Made by a program: the position numbers and the translations under genes. Below, piece after piece: positions 29,556-38,689 of a DNA stretch of 64,000 nucleotides (its first letter is position 1; the number at the start of each line of letters is the position of its first letter). The notes under the pieces are model-generated. The model was not told where the DNA came from, ran no database searches, and worked only from the letters and a program-made list of their open reading frames with translations. Source of the DNA: a virus. The stretch covers positions 32,001-96,000 of the IMG/VR virus record IMGVR_UViG_3300032893_000004; one strand, 5' to 3'.

Positions 29556-29960
29556 TTAGATAATCTTTAGCAGTTTGATCACTGCCAGGATTCCGGAGGC
29601 GGCGCCGCCGATCCAGAGTACATATTTTGCGGTACTTTTTGCCCAAAGAATCGGCTTCTCTGCGATCTCAAGTCTCTTGCCCATCATCTCGTCTCTCTGG
29701 GCAATTTCCGTTCGCATCAATCGATTCTGCTCTTTCAGTTCCATCACGCCCGCGATATGGACGGCTAGCTCTTTGTTGTACTCAGCGACGTTTTTGTTCA
29801 TGGCTGCCATTTCATGTACTATGCGATCGAATTGTACGTTATGAGCTTCTAACATGACTTGTTGTTTTGCGACTGAAACTTCTATCGCGCCCAACTTATC
29901 AGTCTGTGCATCCTGCTTGTGGTGCAGCTTCGATAACTGTTCCTTTACGCTGAATGCCAT
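29556..29960 (-). CDS. coiled-coil protein with C-terminal TM (lysis-cassette type)
   Basis: Heptad repeats then YVLWIGGAASGILAVIKLL. Confidence 0.55.
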   Translation of the reverse strand: MAFSVKEQLSKLHHKQDAQTDKLGAIEVSVAKQQVMLEAHNVQFDRIVHEMAAMNKNVAEYNKELAVHIAGVMELKEQNRLMRTEIAQRDEMMGKRLEIAEKPILWAKSTAKYVLWIGGAASGILAVIKLLKII

Positions 29961-29980
29961 ATGAACCTCATTGGATATAA

Positions 29981-29989
29981 AAGATTAGG
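29981..29989 (-). promoter_or_regulatory. candidate late promoter CCTAATCTT
   Basis: Exact motif, 20 nt before ATG. Confidence 0.6.
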
Positions 29990-30515
29990 TTTGCGCTTTA
30001 GCTGTCCAAGTAGTTGGTAGGCTTTTGATCAGTGGGAGAAGGTCGATAGGGGTCATGTCGTTCAAATTCTCCTTTGTTTGCAACTCGTTGACATTTTCGA
30101 GGATGGCCGCAACGAAGGCGCTACACCAATACGTTTGCCCTATCTCCTTGAAAGGATTGTGTATTTTGATATGGACGAATTTGGCCAATTGTACGATAGC
30201 CAGTCCACATATACCGAGCACTCCGTACGGAATTCCTAACGTTCGGAGAGCAAACGCCTTGGCATTTTTCGCTATAGAATCATCCACGTTGAATGTAAAA
30301 GAGAATACAATTTGTTCCTGAGTCAACCAAGTTGCTTCGGTCATGGCGTTTACTTGGGTATGCGAGGCTTGATAATACATCATCTCGCCGGACTCGTCGT
30401 CGAGCATTTTGATCGCCACATGCGAGAAAGGCGTGCCTTCGGCCCACATGATGAGCCATGAAAAGATCGGGAAGAACGTGATTGCCTTTGAAAATGTGAT
30501 CGTTATATTTTTCAT
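29985..30515 (-). CDS. permuted papain-like NlpC/P60 (YiiX/YebB-type) amidase
   Basis: His first (FSHVAI), LGIPYG, Cys last (YWCSAFVA), TP motif. Confidence 0.75.
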   Translation of the reverse strand: MKNITITFSKAITFFPIFSWLIMWAEGTPFSHVAIKMLDDESGEMMYYQASHTQVNAMTEATWLTQEQIVFSFTFNVDDSIAKNAKAFALRTLGIPYGVLGICGLAIVQLAKFVHIKIHNPFKEIGQTYWCSAFVAAILENVNELQTKENLNDMTPIDLLPLIKSLPTTWTAKAQT

Positions 30516-30850
30516 GGCAAACCGGCTATCGCAGCTTGAAGTTGATTCTTCATCCAGTTAACGCGGGCTGTAGTCAAAAACGGCGCCATCTCTTCCGTGA
30601 CTACAACTTGGTTGAGAGCATTGAGAGCTTCCCATAGGGAGCCGCTCGTACCGAAGTACATTACTTGCTGAAGTGTTTGAGCGATCAAACCTGTCTTGCC
30701 GCTATTCGTAATGCCCATGATCACGTTCTCAGCAGCGAATGCCACTACTAGAGTATTAAAGGACATCTGCGCAGCTATCACGAGCTGTGCAACCGCTTGC
30801 ATTTCAGCCTGCGGTATGTTCGGATTGAACGTTGGATAATGTGTTGCCAT
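30512..30850 (-). CDS. hypothetical protein (fibre assembly region)
   Basis: Coupled in late operon. Confidence 0.6.
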   Translation of the reverse strand: MATHYPTFNPNIPQAEMQAVAQLVIAAQMSFNTLVVAFAAENVIMGITNSGKTGLIAQTLQQVMYFGTSGSLWEALNALNQVVVTEEMAPFLTTARVNWMKNQLQAAIAGLP

Positions 30851-31024
30851 TTATTCCGCCGTCACCATGGCTTGAATACTCTGCTGACCGTCTTGAACAT
30901 CGTTGGTAACTGTTTCGCAAGAGCAATTCGCTTGGTATTCTTCGATATCTTCTTGGGTGATCTGCGACTTTACCGCAACCGCCAAAACCTGTCCGCAAAT
31001 TTGGCATGCTACTGTTAACTTCAT
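30851..31024 (-). CDS. 57-aa zinc-binding protein (MKLTVACQICG...CSC), absent from ORF track
   Basis: AGGAGGAG RBS; fills gap exactly. Confidence 0.65.
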   Translation of the reverse strand: MKLTVACQICGQVLAVAVKSQITQEDIEEYQANCSCETVTNDVQDGQQSIQAMVTAE

Positions 31025-31033
31025 ATCTCCTCC

Positions 31034-32239
31034 TTACAAGGACGCAGTTAAAGTTCCGTTGAACCCACCGTTACCGCCGATGGTTGGCGTCTCGGTCGCT
31101 GGAGCCGTACCGATTAGTTCTGGACTGTATATGGTACTATTCACTCCGCCTACTAGATTTGTCGATGCGCCAGTAGGCACATTGAAGAAATTGATTCTTC
31201 CGCCAGTCCCAGAGTTACCGCCGTTGCCGCCTGCGCCGCCGCCGAAACCATTACCGCCTGCTCCACCGTTACCGCCGTTGACTTGCACCAATCCACTGAC
31301 GGTCGGACCGAAGAGATAGTTGTACGCAATGTAAACCCATCCGCCCGATCCGCCTCCGCCGCCGCCGCCGCCTTGGGTCACTCCGCTTGTAGCGTTTGAA
31401 CCTGTGCCGCCTACTCCACCATTCGCTTGAATCACTCCGCTCGGAGTAGAAGAGCTTTTTAGAATAGAGTTAATGTAGAGTGCAACTAAGCCGCCGCCGG
31501 AGCCGCCTGCGCCAGCTCCCCCTCCTGCATTAACTCCGTCTCCACCGCCACCGCCACCTCCTGCTCCGCCGGCGCCTCCAGACAATAAGACAGCACCGAA
31601 TATGAACGATGCTTCAAATCTACTGAAGGGATTGTTTATGGTGGGGCTACGACCAGCGCCACCGGAACCTCCGGAAGATCCGCCGCCTCCGCCGGAACCA
31701 CCGTTAGCCGTTCCAGTATTGGGAGCTGCCGTTCCGTTACCGCCGCCTGCCGTATTCCCGGTACCCCCTGCACCGCCGACGGCTATCGGACCAACAGTTC
31801 CGCCCGATTGAGTTGACGCAGCTGAACCGCCGGTAGAACCAGATCCGTTACCACCGGCTAGACCGTTCCACTGGATGGCACCAGCTTGAGCAGCGGTTAT
31901 ATCGAGATATCCTTTTACGAATACTTTATATCCATTCGTATTCAGAATTCCCGTTCCGTTGAGAATTAAATTGTTGTAGTACATGTCGCGCGACAGACTC
32001 GTAGTGCCAGAACTGATGGTGACGTTTCCATCTGAACCGTCACCGAAACTCCTAAACGGCAAAGTTTGAGTCGGGCCAGTCGTACCTTGGTAAGCAAGAG
32101 AGTTCCACGGAGTAGAACCAGTTCCGATTTTGAACTGGCCAGTATCCGTCTCGACACCTTTTTCTGCAAGTGCGAGTGTAGGATTTGCTGTTGCCCATTG
32201 TGAAGCGGTGCCCGCCCGCCATTCTATCTTGTATGCCAT
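31034..32239 (-). CDS. glycine-rich fibre/adhesin with Mtd_N/hyaluronidase-N-like anchor, paralog B
   Basis: IEWRAGTASQWATANPTLALAEKGVETDTGQFKIG.G...WNSLAY; poly-Gly strands. Confidence 0.75.
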   Translation of the reverse strand: MAYKIEWRAGTASQWATANPTLALAEKGVETDTGQFKIGTGSTPWNSLAYQGTTGPTQTLPFRSFGDGSDGNVTISSGTTSLSRDMYYNNLILNGTGILNTNGYKVFVKGYLDITAAQAGAIQWNGLAGGNGSGSTGGSAASTQSGGTVGPIAVGGAGGTGNTAGGGNGTAAPNTGTANGGSGGGGGSSGGSGGAGRSPTINNPFSRFEASFIFGAVLLSGGAGGAGGGGGGGDGVNAGGGAGAGGSGGGLVALYINSILKSSSTPSGVIQANGGVGGTGSNATSGVTQGGGGGGGGSGGWVYIAYNYLFGPTVSGLVQVNGGNGGAGGNGFGGGAGGNGGNSGTGGRINFFNVPTGASTNLVGGVNSTIYSPELIGTAPATETPTIGGNGGFNGTLTASL

Positions 32240-33444
32240 TACAGACTCTCTTGTACGTTGTTACCTGCTCCGCCTGCTCCGCCTGCGTTTCCGGTAGGTC
32301 CAGATCCTGCAGTTCCGGAAGTACCGAAGACGAACGCGCTTGTGGATGTAGTTACTTGCATAGTGAATATTCGACCGCCAGATCCGCCAGTACCGCCGGT
32401 ACCACCGGTACCTGTACCGTTACCGTTTCCACCGTTACCGCCGTTCCCGCCCGAAGCTTGAAGAATATTTGTGCCAGTGGAGCCCGTGAGCGTGTTGTAA
32501 AGGAGGAAAATCCATCCTCCGCCAGCTCCGCCTCCGCCTCCGCCTCCGCCAAGATTAGTACCGGTTGTCGGGGAACCGCCGTTGCCGCCGTTGCCGCCGT
32601 TTGCTTGAATACAATTCGCTGCAGTGCTTGCACCTCTGTTGATTATGTTAGCATAGATAGCTATCACGCCCGATCCGGACCCGCCTCCGCCGCCTCCGCC
32701 GCCAGCGTTTGTACCGTTACCAGACCCGCCTCCGCCGCCTGGACCGCCCACGCCGCCTTGTATCAGGGTAGTTCCTAACAAAAGGTCAGTTTCCCATCTG
32801 CGTATAGGGAGAGCTGCGGTTATTGCTCCGCTGTTACCACCGGCTCCAGCCGTTCCGCCCGATCCAGTACCGCCTGTTCCACCACCACCAGCTGTTCCGC
32901 CGTTGGCGGCTGACAATGCCGAACTATTACCGGCTGCTGCCGGAGAGGTAGCAGCTCCAGCTCTTCCAGCGACACCTGTACCGCCGTTACCGACTGTGTT
33001 TGAACTAAGCGCAGCACCTGCGGCACCAGCTGCTGTGGTAGCTGATGAACCGCCTGTATTACCGTTCCACTGGATGGCACCAGCTTGAGCATTCGCTATG
33101 TTGAGAGTGCCTGACACGAAAACTCGCCATCCGTTCGTGTTGAGAATTCCCGTTCCGCTGAGAGTCAAATTCGCATAATACATATCGCGGCTGAGCGTCG
33201 TTGTACCTGAACTGATTGTTACGGTACCGTCTGATCCGTCACCGAAACTTTCTAGAACTTGCGTGGCCGCCGGACCCACCGGACCGCCATAGGGCAATGA
33301 AGACCATGTACTTGTACCGTTACCGATCTTCATTTTTAAAGTGTCACTCTCGTACCCTTCTTCTCCAAGTGCGAGTATCGGGTTGGCAGCAGTCCACTGC
33401 GCCGCAGTTCCCGTTCTAAGCTGAATTATAGTATTTGCTGGCAT
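32239..33444 (-). CDS. glycine-rich fibre/adhesin with Mtd_N/hyaluronidase-N-like anchor, paralog A
   Basis: IQLRTGTAAQWTAANPILALGEEGYESDTLKMKIGNG...WSSLPY. Confidence 0.75.
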   Translation of the reverse strand: MPANTIIQLRTGTAAQWTAANPILALGEEGYESDTLKMKIGNGTSTWSSLPYGGPVGPAATQVLESFGDGSDGTVTISSGTTTLSRDMYYANLTLSGTGILNTNGWRVFVSGTLNIANAQAGAIQWNGNTGGSSATTAAGAAGAALSSNTVGNGGTGVAGRAGAATSPAAAGNSSALSAANGGTAGGGGTGGTGSGGTAGAGGNSGAITAALPIRRWETDLLLGTTLIQGGVGGPGGGGGSGNGTNAGGGGGGGGSGSGVIAIYANIINRGASTAANCIQANGGNGGNGGSPTTGTNLGGGGGGGGAGGGWIFLLYNTLTGSTGTNILQASGGNGGNGGNGNGTGTGGTGGTGGSGGRIFTMQVTTSTSAFVFGTSGTAGSGPTGNAGGAGGAGNNVQESL

Positions 33445-33453
33445 AAAAATCCT

Positions 33454-36400
33454 TTATGGCGTTCCGCCGTTAATAAATTGAGTGGGAGTGTAGACAGAAG
33501 ACGGATTGCCGCCGTCCACGTTGGTGTTTGGATTGCTCCATCCGAGAGTTCCAGCTCCGTCCGTGTCGCACAAGAATGTGCCGGCTGCGCCTTGAGAAGA
33601 GGGCCACGTCAACGTGTACGTGCTGACGGTTGATGGAACAGTCATATTCAAATATCCGGATGTTGAGCCAGCCAACTTCGCGTATCCGGCTATGAGACCG
33701 CTGCCTATCTGTAGATAGTCAGTTCCGTTGTCCGTTGTTGTATCGATCAACACATGGCCGGTCGAATTGATTCTCATCGCTTCGACTGAGGTTACGCTGC
33801 CGGTGGGCGTAGTCTTGAAGGCGATGTACGTCGCGTTGCTGGTATTCGTGAATGTCTCATCGGCAACTATTTGCATAACTCCGGTCGAGGCGGATGCCGG
33901 TGCTGTTGCACCGTAACCGCGACCGCTGATAAAATTCAGAATGTCGCCCGACTGAGCTGCTGCTGGCGAGACGATCGTACCTCGTGCGAAATCTCCGCGT
34001 AATCCAGTCGATGAGCCGACTCCGTAAGAAATCTGCCATATCGGTTTAGCCGCGCCGGTCGTATTCAACGTAGTTATTACAGAAGCTGCTTGCGGAATTT
34101 GTCCGACACCGAGAGCAAAATTCGTATCATCCCAGAAGAACTTTGAGTTGTCCTGAGTTAGAGATGTACCGTTTGAGAAAACTACGGAACCCGCTGTGTA
34201 AGGCGTCGTGTTGTTCGTACCTCCATTCGCAAACGGGAGAGGAGTACCAGAGTACGTGATAGCTAGAGTACCTGAAGACGTAATCGGAGATCCGGATACA
34301 CTCAAGAAAGAAGGTACTGTAGCTGCAACTGATGTAACTGTTCCAACTGCTTCTACTGCAGGCAACGAGAATCCAATTCGAGGCCGATTATCGACGATTT
34401 GTCCGCCGCCTGCAACGATGCTTGTAGAGCCTTGTTTTACAATAATCGATGCGATCAAAACCACGCCGTCTTCGAAATAAGAAGGCGGAGTAGGAATGTT
34501 TCCAGTCTGAGCCAGCACGAGTGACGGATACGTAGTCTGAGCGTAAACCAACATGTACTGTTGATTCGCACCTTGACCGACCAAATACATCGAGTGTCTG
34601 GCGTAATAGCCGGACGGAATTGGTTGAAGCGTTCCTGATCCGTTGTCGTAGCTGTTCGTATCTACCGTGTTCGTAGAGCTGATATTCCATCCGCCAGATC
34701 CGTCCTGGTAGAAAGATTGGAAGGTGATATTTATTCCAGAAGATGGCAGAAAATTATTGTTGCCGAAGAAGTAAGATCCGGAAGTGACATCAAGGTGAAG
34801 AGGCAGTGAATCTTCCGTCACTATGCTACCGTATGAGTAAACGGCTCCCAAAGCTTCACGAATGAAGTTGTCGTTCGTATTTCCGTAATGATGCGATATC
34901 AGAGGAGCAAGATCGATGAACAAGACGCCTGTCGCGTTTGTAACTACACGTCCCAACAAAATGTTACCAGCCGTGTCTGGAAAAGTGGACGACACTGATA
35001 AGACTGCCGAACTGTTGAAAAAGAGGTAGTTGTTCGAATTTGCGGCCAATGTTATGTTGGTGCTCGGCCAATTGAGTCTGTGAATAGAGCCTGGAATGAG
35101 AGCGCTTCCTGTCGTATCCAGATAGCCGAAGCCTGCGGACACGTTTACAGTTAGTCCGCTCACTACGGTAATAGTGCCGGTTTGCAAAACTCCCATTGGG
35201 CTAGCGTCCAATGCGATAGTTGTTGCGTCCGTGAACGTACCATCAAGCTGTTCGATATTTATCATGTTGCTGGTATTGATCGCACCAGTGGCAGTATCTA
35301 AAATTACGAGGGCCAGGGAAGATGCTCCAGCCACAATAGTAGAATTGCTGCGATTGGCCGCAACGTTGATCACGCCCGCTACGCCTGCGTTTGCTATGTT
35401 CAGATCGTGCGTGTTGTTCTCGAAAGTAGCAATGCTTATTGCAACCGTCGGACCTGCCCCAACGTTTTCGATAAACAGGCCGGTTCCAAAACCCTTCAGG
35501 TCGAGTCCGCTTATGCGCAAGATCGCGCCGTTTCTGGCTCGAATGCAGTTTCCGGAAGTTACGCTTCCACTGCGACACTGAACTCCGTTGATGACTATTT
35601 CGCAATTGGCAGCATCCGCAAGAAACACGTCAGCAGGATACGGCGACTGCATTGCAGTAGTGGTAGTATCCCTGATCTCAATTTTGCCAGGATTTGATCC
35701 GGTCGTAGTAGCGTAGAAACCGGTATTGAACGAATACACGCTACCGAATCGGCAAGCATTGATGGATACAGTGGACATGCCGGTATTGTTACCGGAAGAA
35801 ATCACTAGAGTATCGCTTGCTCCGAATCGAACATCCTCTACCCAGAAGGCCGTCTGCGTAGTGCCCGTCAGAGAGTTGTGGTATACGAGTGCTTGACCCG
35901 TCCCAGTGACGCCGGTAAGAACGCAACTTTGAATGGACGAGAAGTCGCTTCCGACAACCAAATGCGCGGAAGGATTGCTCGGCTGGATGACAACGGACTC
36001 AAGCCCCGCGCCGAGCACATAAACGTACGGCTTCATTGCTATCTGAGCTTCTGTGTATACGCCTGGATACACGTAAACTAAGAACGGATTGGATGATGAA
36101 GCAGTTGTGACCGACGCGAGAGCTGAAACTATAGAACTGAACTGTCCAGTACCGGGATTCTTCTGCACCACCACAACATTTGCAGGAGGAATCGCGTAGC
36201 TTATCTGAGCTTGCAATTTTTCGAGAGCCGTCAAGATAGAGTCTGTCGCCACAATAGGAGTGTTGGTGCCAGACGTATATCCTGTAAGAAGCTTTCCTGT
36301 CACAGTAGTCGACGCGATAGAAGCTGTTACTGATCCAGGGCCGGTAGCGGTCACATCGCCTGTAAGAGCCGTGATCGCGTTCGCAAATGTATTATTGAAA

Positions 36401-37383
36401 TTATTCCAGTCTATCGAAGAAAGATATCCTGACTGACTCGCACCTGCTTGCAATACTTGAATGGTCGGAGCACCGATCGTAGCATCAATCCAGCCCGTTA
36501 GAACAAGAACAGAAGATGTTGATTCAGTCAGAGTTCCAAGCGCAGTATCTACCGGTGTCGCTGGCGACCCAGTTGTGTTCGCCTTAACAGTATTGGCTGG
36601 CATTTGCGCGAGGTTGATATTCGCAACCGTACCGTTGGCAATATTTGAGCCGGTGATCGTCGACGCCGCGATCTGTGTTCCGAGAATTCCAGCCGAAGCG
36701 CTGAGATTGGAAGTCGTAAGGTTACCGATAGTTACGTTGGCAGCGGCAGTGATCAAACCTTTATCATTGACAGTAAATTGCGCGACGGTAGTCTGATTAC
36801 CAAAAGAACCAACATCTGCATTCACAGTGGCCAGTGTGAAGAATACCGATCCGGGACCAGTAGCCGTACCGTCTCCGGTCAAAGCAGTAATGGCGACACT
36901 ATCTTCCGCGCTGATCTGGGCTTGCAACTTTTCGAGAGCAATAAGTATTGAATCTGTGGCTGCGATCGGAGTATTGGTACCAGTTGTTAATCCCGTAAGA
37001 AGTTTGCCGGTAACAGCGGTCGATAGAAGAGTCACCGCGCCGGTATTCGTCATTGTGGCGTCGCCGCCAATATTGATGGCTACGTACTTGCCAGAAATGG
37101 CGTTCCACACGAGGAACTGAGTATCAGTAGGTGCGACGTTCGATACCGCAGATCCTTGGATGGCTACGACAGTCGCAGCTGCGTTGCCAGGACCTATGGC
37201 TGACACATCACCCGACAATTGCGAGATGAAATTCGTAGAACCAAACGTGAATACGTTGCCCAGAGAATCTTCTAAATTGAGCGTATTCGACGGGCCGACA
37301 TAAAGCAAATACTGACCAGCATCCGGAACACCAGGTGTCACAGACCATGGGGCTAACTGAAACGCTGAACCCGAAGGCGGCAT
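33454..37383 (-). CDS. long tail fibre with repeats and a pectin-lyase-like beta-helix
   Basis: ITALTGD.TATGPGS and TGKLLTG...ATDSIL.ALEKLQAQIS repeats; QFSSIVSAL...VYVYPGVYTE beta-helix cap. Confidence 0.75.
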   Translation of the reverse strand: MPPSGSAFQLAPWSVTPGVPDAGQYLLYVGPSNTLNLEDSLGNVFTFGSTNFISQLSGDVSAIGPGNAAATVVAIQGSAVSNVAPTDTQFLVWNAISGKYVAINIGGDATMTNTGAVTLLSTAVTGKLLTGLTTGTNTPIAATDSILIALEKLQAQISAEDSVAITALTGDGTATGPGSVFFTLATVNADVGSFGNQTTVAQFTVNDKGLITAAANVTIGNLTTSNLSASAGILGTQIAASTITGSNIANGTVANINLAQMPANTVKANTTGSPATPVDTALGTLTESTSSVLVLTGWIDATIGAPTIQVLQAGASQSGYLSSIDWNNFNNTFANAITALTGDVTATGPGSVTASIASTTVTGKLLTGYTSGTNTPIVATDSILTALEKLQAQISYAIPPANVVVVQKNPGTGQFSSIVSALASVTTASSSNPFLVYVYPGVYTEAQIAMKPYVYVLGAGLESVVIQPSNPSAHLVVGSDFSSIQSCVLTGVTGTGQALVYHNSLTGTTQTAFWVEDVRFGASDTLVISSGNNTGMSTVSINACRFGSVYSFNTGFYATTTGSNPGKIEIRDTTTTAMQSPYPADVFLADAANCEIVINGVQCRSGSVTSGNCIRARNGAILRISGLDLKGFGTGLFIENVGAGPTVAISIATFENNTHDLNIANAGVAGVINVAANRSNSTIVAGASSLALVILDTATGAINTSNMINIEQLDGTFTDATTIALDASPMGVLQTGTITVVSGLTVNVSAGFGYLDTTGSALIPGSIHRLNWPSTNITLAANSNNYLFFNSSAVLSVSSTFPDTAGNILLGRVVTNATGVLFIDLAPLISHHYGNTNDNFIREALGAVYSYGSIVTEDSLPLHLDVTSGSYFFGNNNFLPSSGINITFQSFYQDGSGGWNISSTNTVDTNSYDNGSGTLQPIPSGYYARHSMYLVGQGANQQYMLVYAQTTYPSLVLAQTGNIPTPPSYFEDGVVLIASIIVKQGSTSIVAGGGQIVDNRPRIGFSLPAVEAVGTVTSVAATVPSFLSVSGSPITSSGTLAITYSGTPLPFANGGTNNTTPYTAGSVVFSNGTSLTQDNSKFFWDDTNFALGVGQIPQAASVITTLNTTGAAKPIWQISYGVGSSTGLRGDFARGTIVSPAAAQSGDILNFISGRGYGATAPASASTGVMQIVADETFTNTSNATYIAFKTTPTGSVTSVEAMRINSTGHVLIDTTTDNGTDYLQIGSGLIAGYAKLAGSTSGYLNMTVPSTVSTYTLTWPSSQGAAGTFLCDTDGAGTLGWSNPNTNVDGGNPSSVYTPTQFINGGTP

Positions 37384-37392
37384 AGATACTCC

Positions 37393-37722
37393 TTAAACCA
37401 AAACTAATCTGGAACCAGGCAACAATTTAATTAGTGCTCCTGGGTTGAGTGTTAATCCGGGAGCGATACCAACTTCGCCAGCTGCAAGAGATATAGTTCC
37501 GTTGACGACTGACTGAGTCACAAATAACTGTCCATGGATGTCGCCCGCTGGCTGAACTGATGCCAGACTATTCTGGATTGTCGTCCCAGTCGTATCCGCC
37601 CAAGTCGCGATGTTGTTCACGACGGTCGGCGGTATACCGATCACATTCCCGGTAGGATTCAACACTCGCGTAACGAGCTGAAGCGTTCCGGTAAAAGGAT
37701 TGACGACGACCTGATATGACAT
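37393..37722 (-). CDS. virion protein (fibre-associated)
   Basis: NPFTG motif; late operon position. Confidence 0.55.
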   Translation of the reverse strand: MSYQVVVNPFTGTLQLVTRVLNPTGNVIGIPPTVVNNIATWADTTGTTIQNSLASVQPAGDIHGQLFVTQSVVNGTISLAAGEVGIAPGLTLNPGALIKLLPGSRLVLV

Positions 37723-38426
37723 TATGGCTCCGTATACTGAACATTTGTCAGGTTCGCTCCCACATCATAAGTCAACACCAGCCGCGCTACTTCCGTTCCT
37801 GTTGGACCGCCAACCAGATACTGAATAAGCGTCGGTACCACAAATCCTGCTATCGTACTGTTCGTGAGCTTGATGTCGTCGAATTCGACTTTCACGAGCG
37901 ATGCGATGTCGACCGTGTTGATCGAACCGTTCGAGTTGACGGTCATCGTATTGCCGCCCTGAACGACAGACACGTTCCCGATCTCTACCGTGCCATCGAA
38001 TGCTACTGGAAGAGGATTCTCAGCGTCGTAATATGCTCCGTACTTGTTTACGAGCACGTTGCGAAGGGCTGTGGACGGTTCGTTGTCATAGACTGCTCGT
38101 AGCACGATATCGTAGCCGATCTTATTGCGAACATCCTCGGAAGCGGTGAGGGTACCGCCGTTGAACTGGGTCGGATTCTGGAGCGACTGATCCTGACCGG
38201 CTCCGACGGGCGTCTCGTACCACGGGACGACCTGAATCTGCGTGTTGGACAGCACACGCTGGATCGTATAATTGGTAGTGGTCTGGCCGATAGCAGACAG
38301 AGCGATTTTTTGCTTAGGATGGAGTCCTGCGGTATCTGAGACGGTGATGATATAATTGGCAACGGAGATGCCTGTGAGAATAACACCAGGCCAACGCTGC
38401 TCGAATATCGTCGGTAAATACGCCAT
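37722..38426 (-). CDS. virion structural protein
   Basis: GAGGT RBS before ATG 38426; first gene of fibre operon. Confidence 0.65.
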   Translation of the reverse strand: MAYLPTIFEQRWPGVILTGISVANYIITVSDTAGLHPKQKIALSAIGQTTTNYTIQRVLSNTQIQVVPWYETPVGAGQDQSLQNPTQFNGGTLTASEDVRNKIGYDIVLRAVYDNEPSTALRNVLVNKYGAYYDAENPLPVAFDGTVEIGNVSVVQGGNTMTVNSNGSINTVDIASLVKVEFDDIKLTNSTIAGFVVPTLIQYLVGGPTGTEVARLVLTYDVGANLTNVQYTEP

Positions 38427-38435
38427 CGTAAACCT

Positions 38436-38501
38436 CAGTTCTTCCGAACTGTTGCGACCCGTGTCGCCATCGAAACCATTCTCGACATTCTCAAGGTTAG
38501 G
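38436..38501 (-). promoter_or_regulatory. late-motif variant CCTAACCTT followed by a three-hairpin 5' leader
   Basis: Hairpins at 38470-38485, 38454-38467 and 38436-38451. Confidence 0.5.
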
Positions 38502-38536
38502 ATAAAATCCCGTACTGAGACGACTTTTTGAATTAT

Positions 38537-38565
38537 TTGACCGACGAGATGGACTATGGGATACT
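38537..38565 (+). promoter_or_regulatory. sigma70-like promoter TTGACC-N17-GATACT with TGn
   Basis: Shares TTGACC-N7-TGGACTATG with 1496 promoter; AT-rich upstream. Confidence 0.6.
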
Positions 38566-38571
38566 ATCTTT

Positions 38572-38668
38572 GGCGGGTATGCCAGAATCAATGGCGGTTC
38601 CGATGATCCCCCTCCTCGGAACCAGTCCAGCGTAACAGCTGATCGTGGGTTGGACCCACTACCCGCCA
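38572..38668 (+). ncRNA. tRNA-shaped RNA with anti-Shine-Dalgarno loop in place of the anticodon
   Basis: Five perfect stems in cloverleaf order; loop TGATCCCCCTCC; no 7-nt anticodon loop, TTCRA or CCA. Confidence 0.7.
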
Positions 38669-38689
38669 CTTTATTTCACCGGAGGCTTT

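Noticed and set aside
31034-33444. Diversity-generating retroelement suggested by Mtd_N-like domains
   Set aside because: No reverse transcriptase and no adenine-specific TR/VR pair seen
38572-38668. Functional tRNA or tmRNA
   Set aside because: No 7-nt anticodon loop, TTCRA, D-loop GG or CCA; no tag reading frame
38427-38689. ORF-track extensions 37722..38669 and 38645..39091
   Set aside because: RBS-supported starts are 38426 and 38690; the interval holds promoters and structured RNAs
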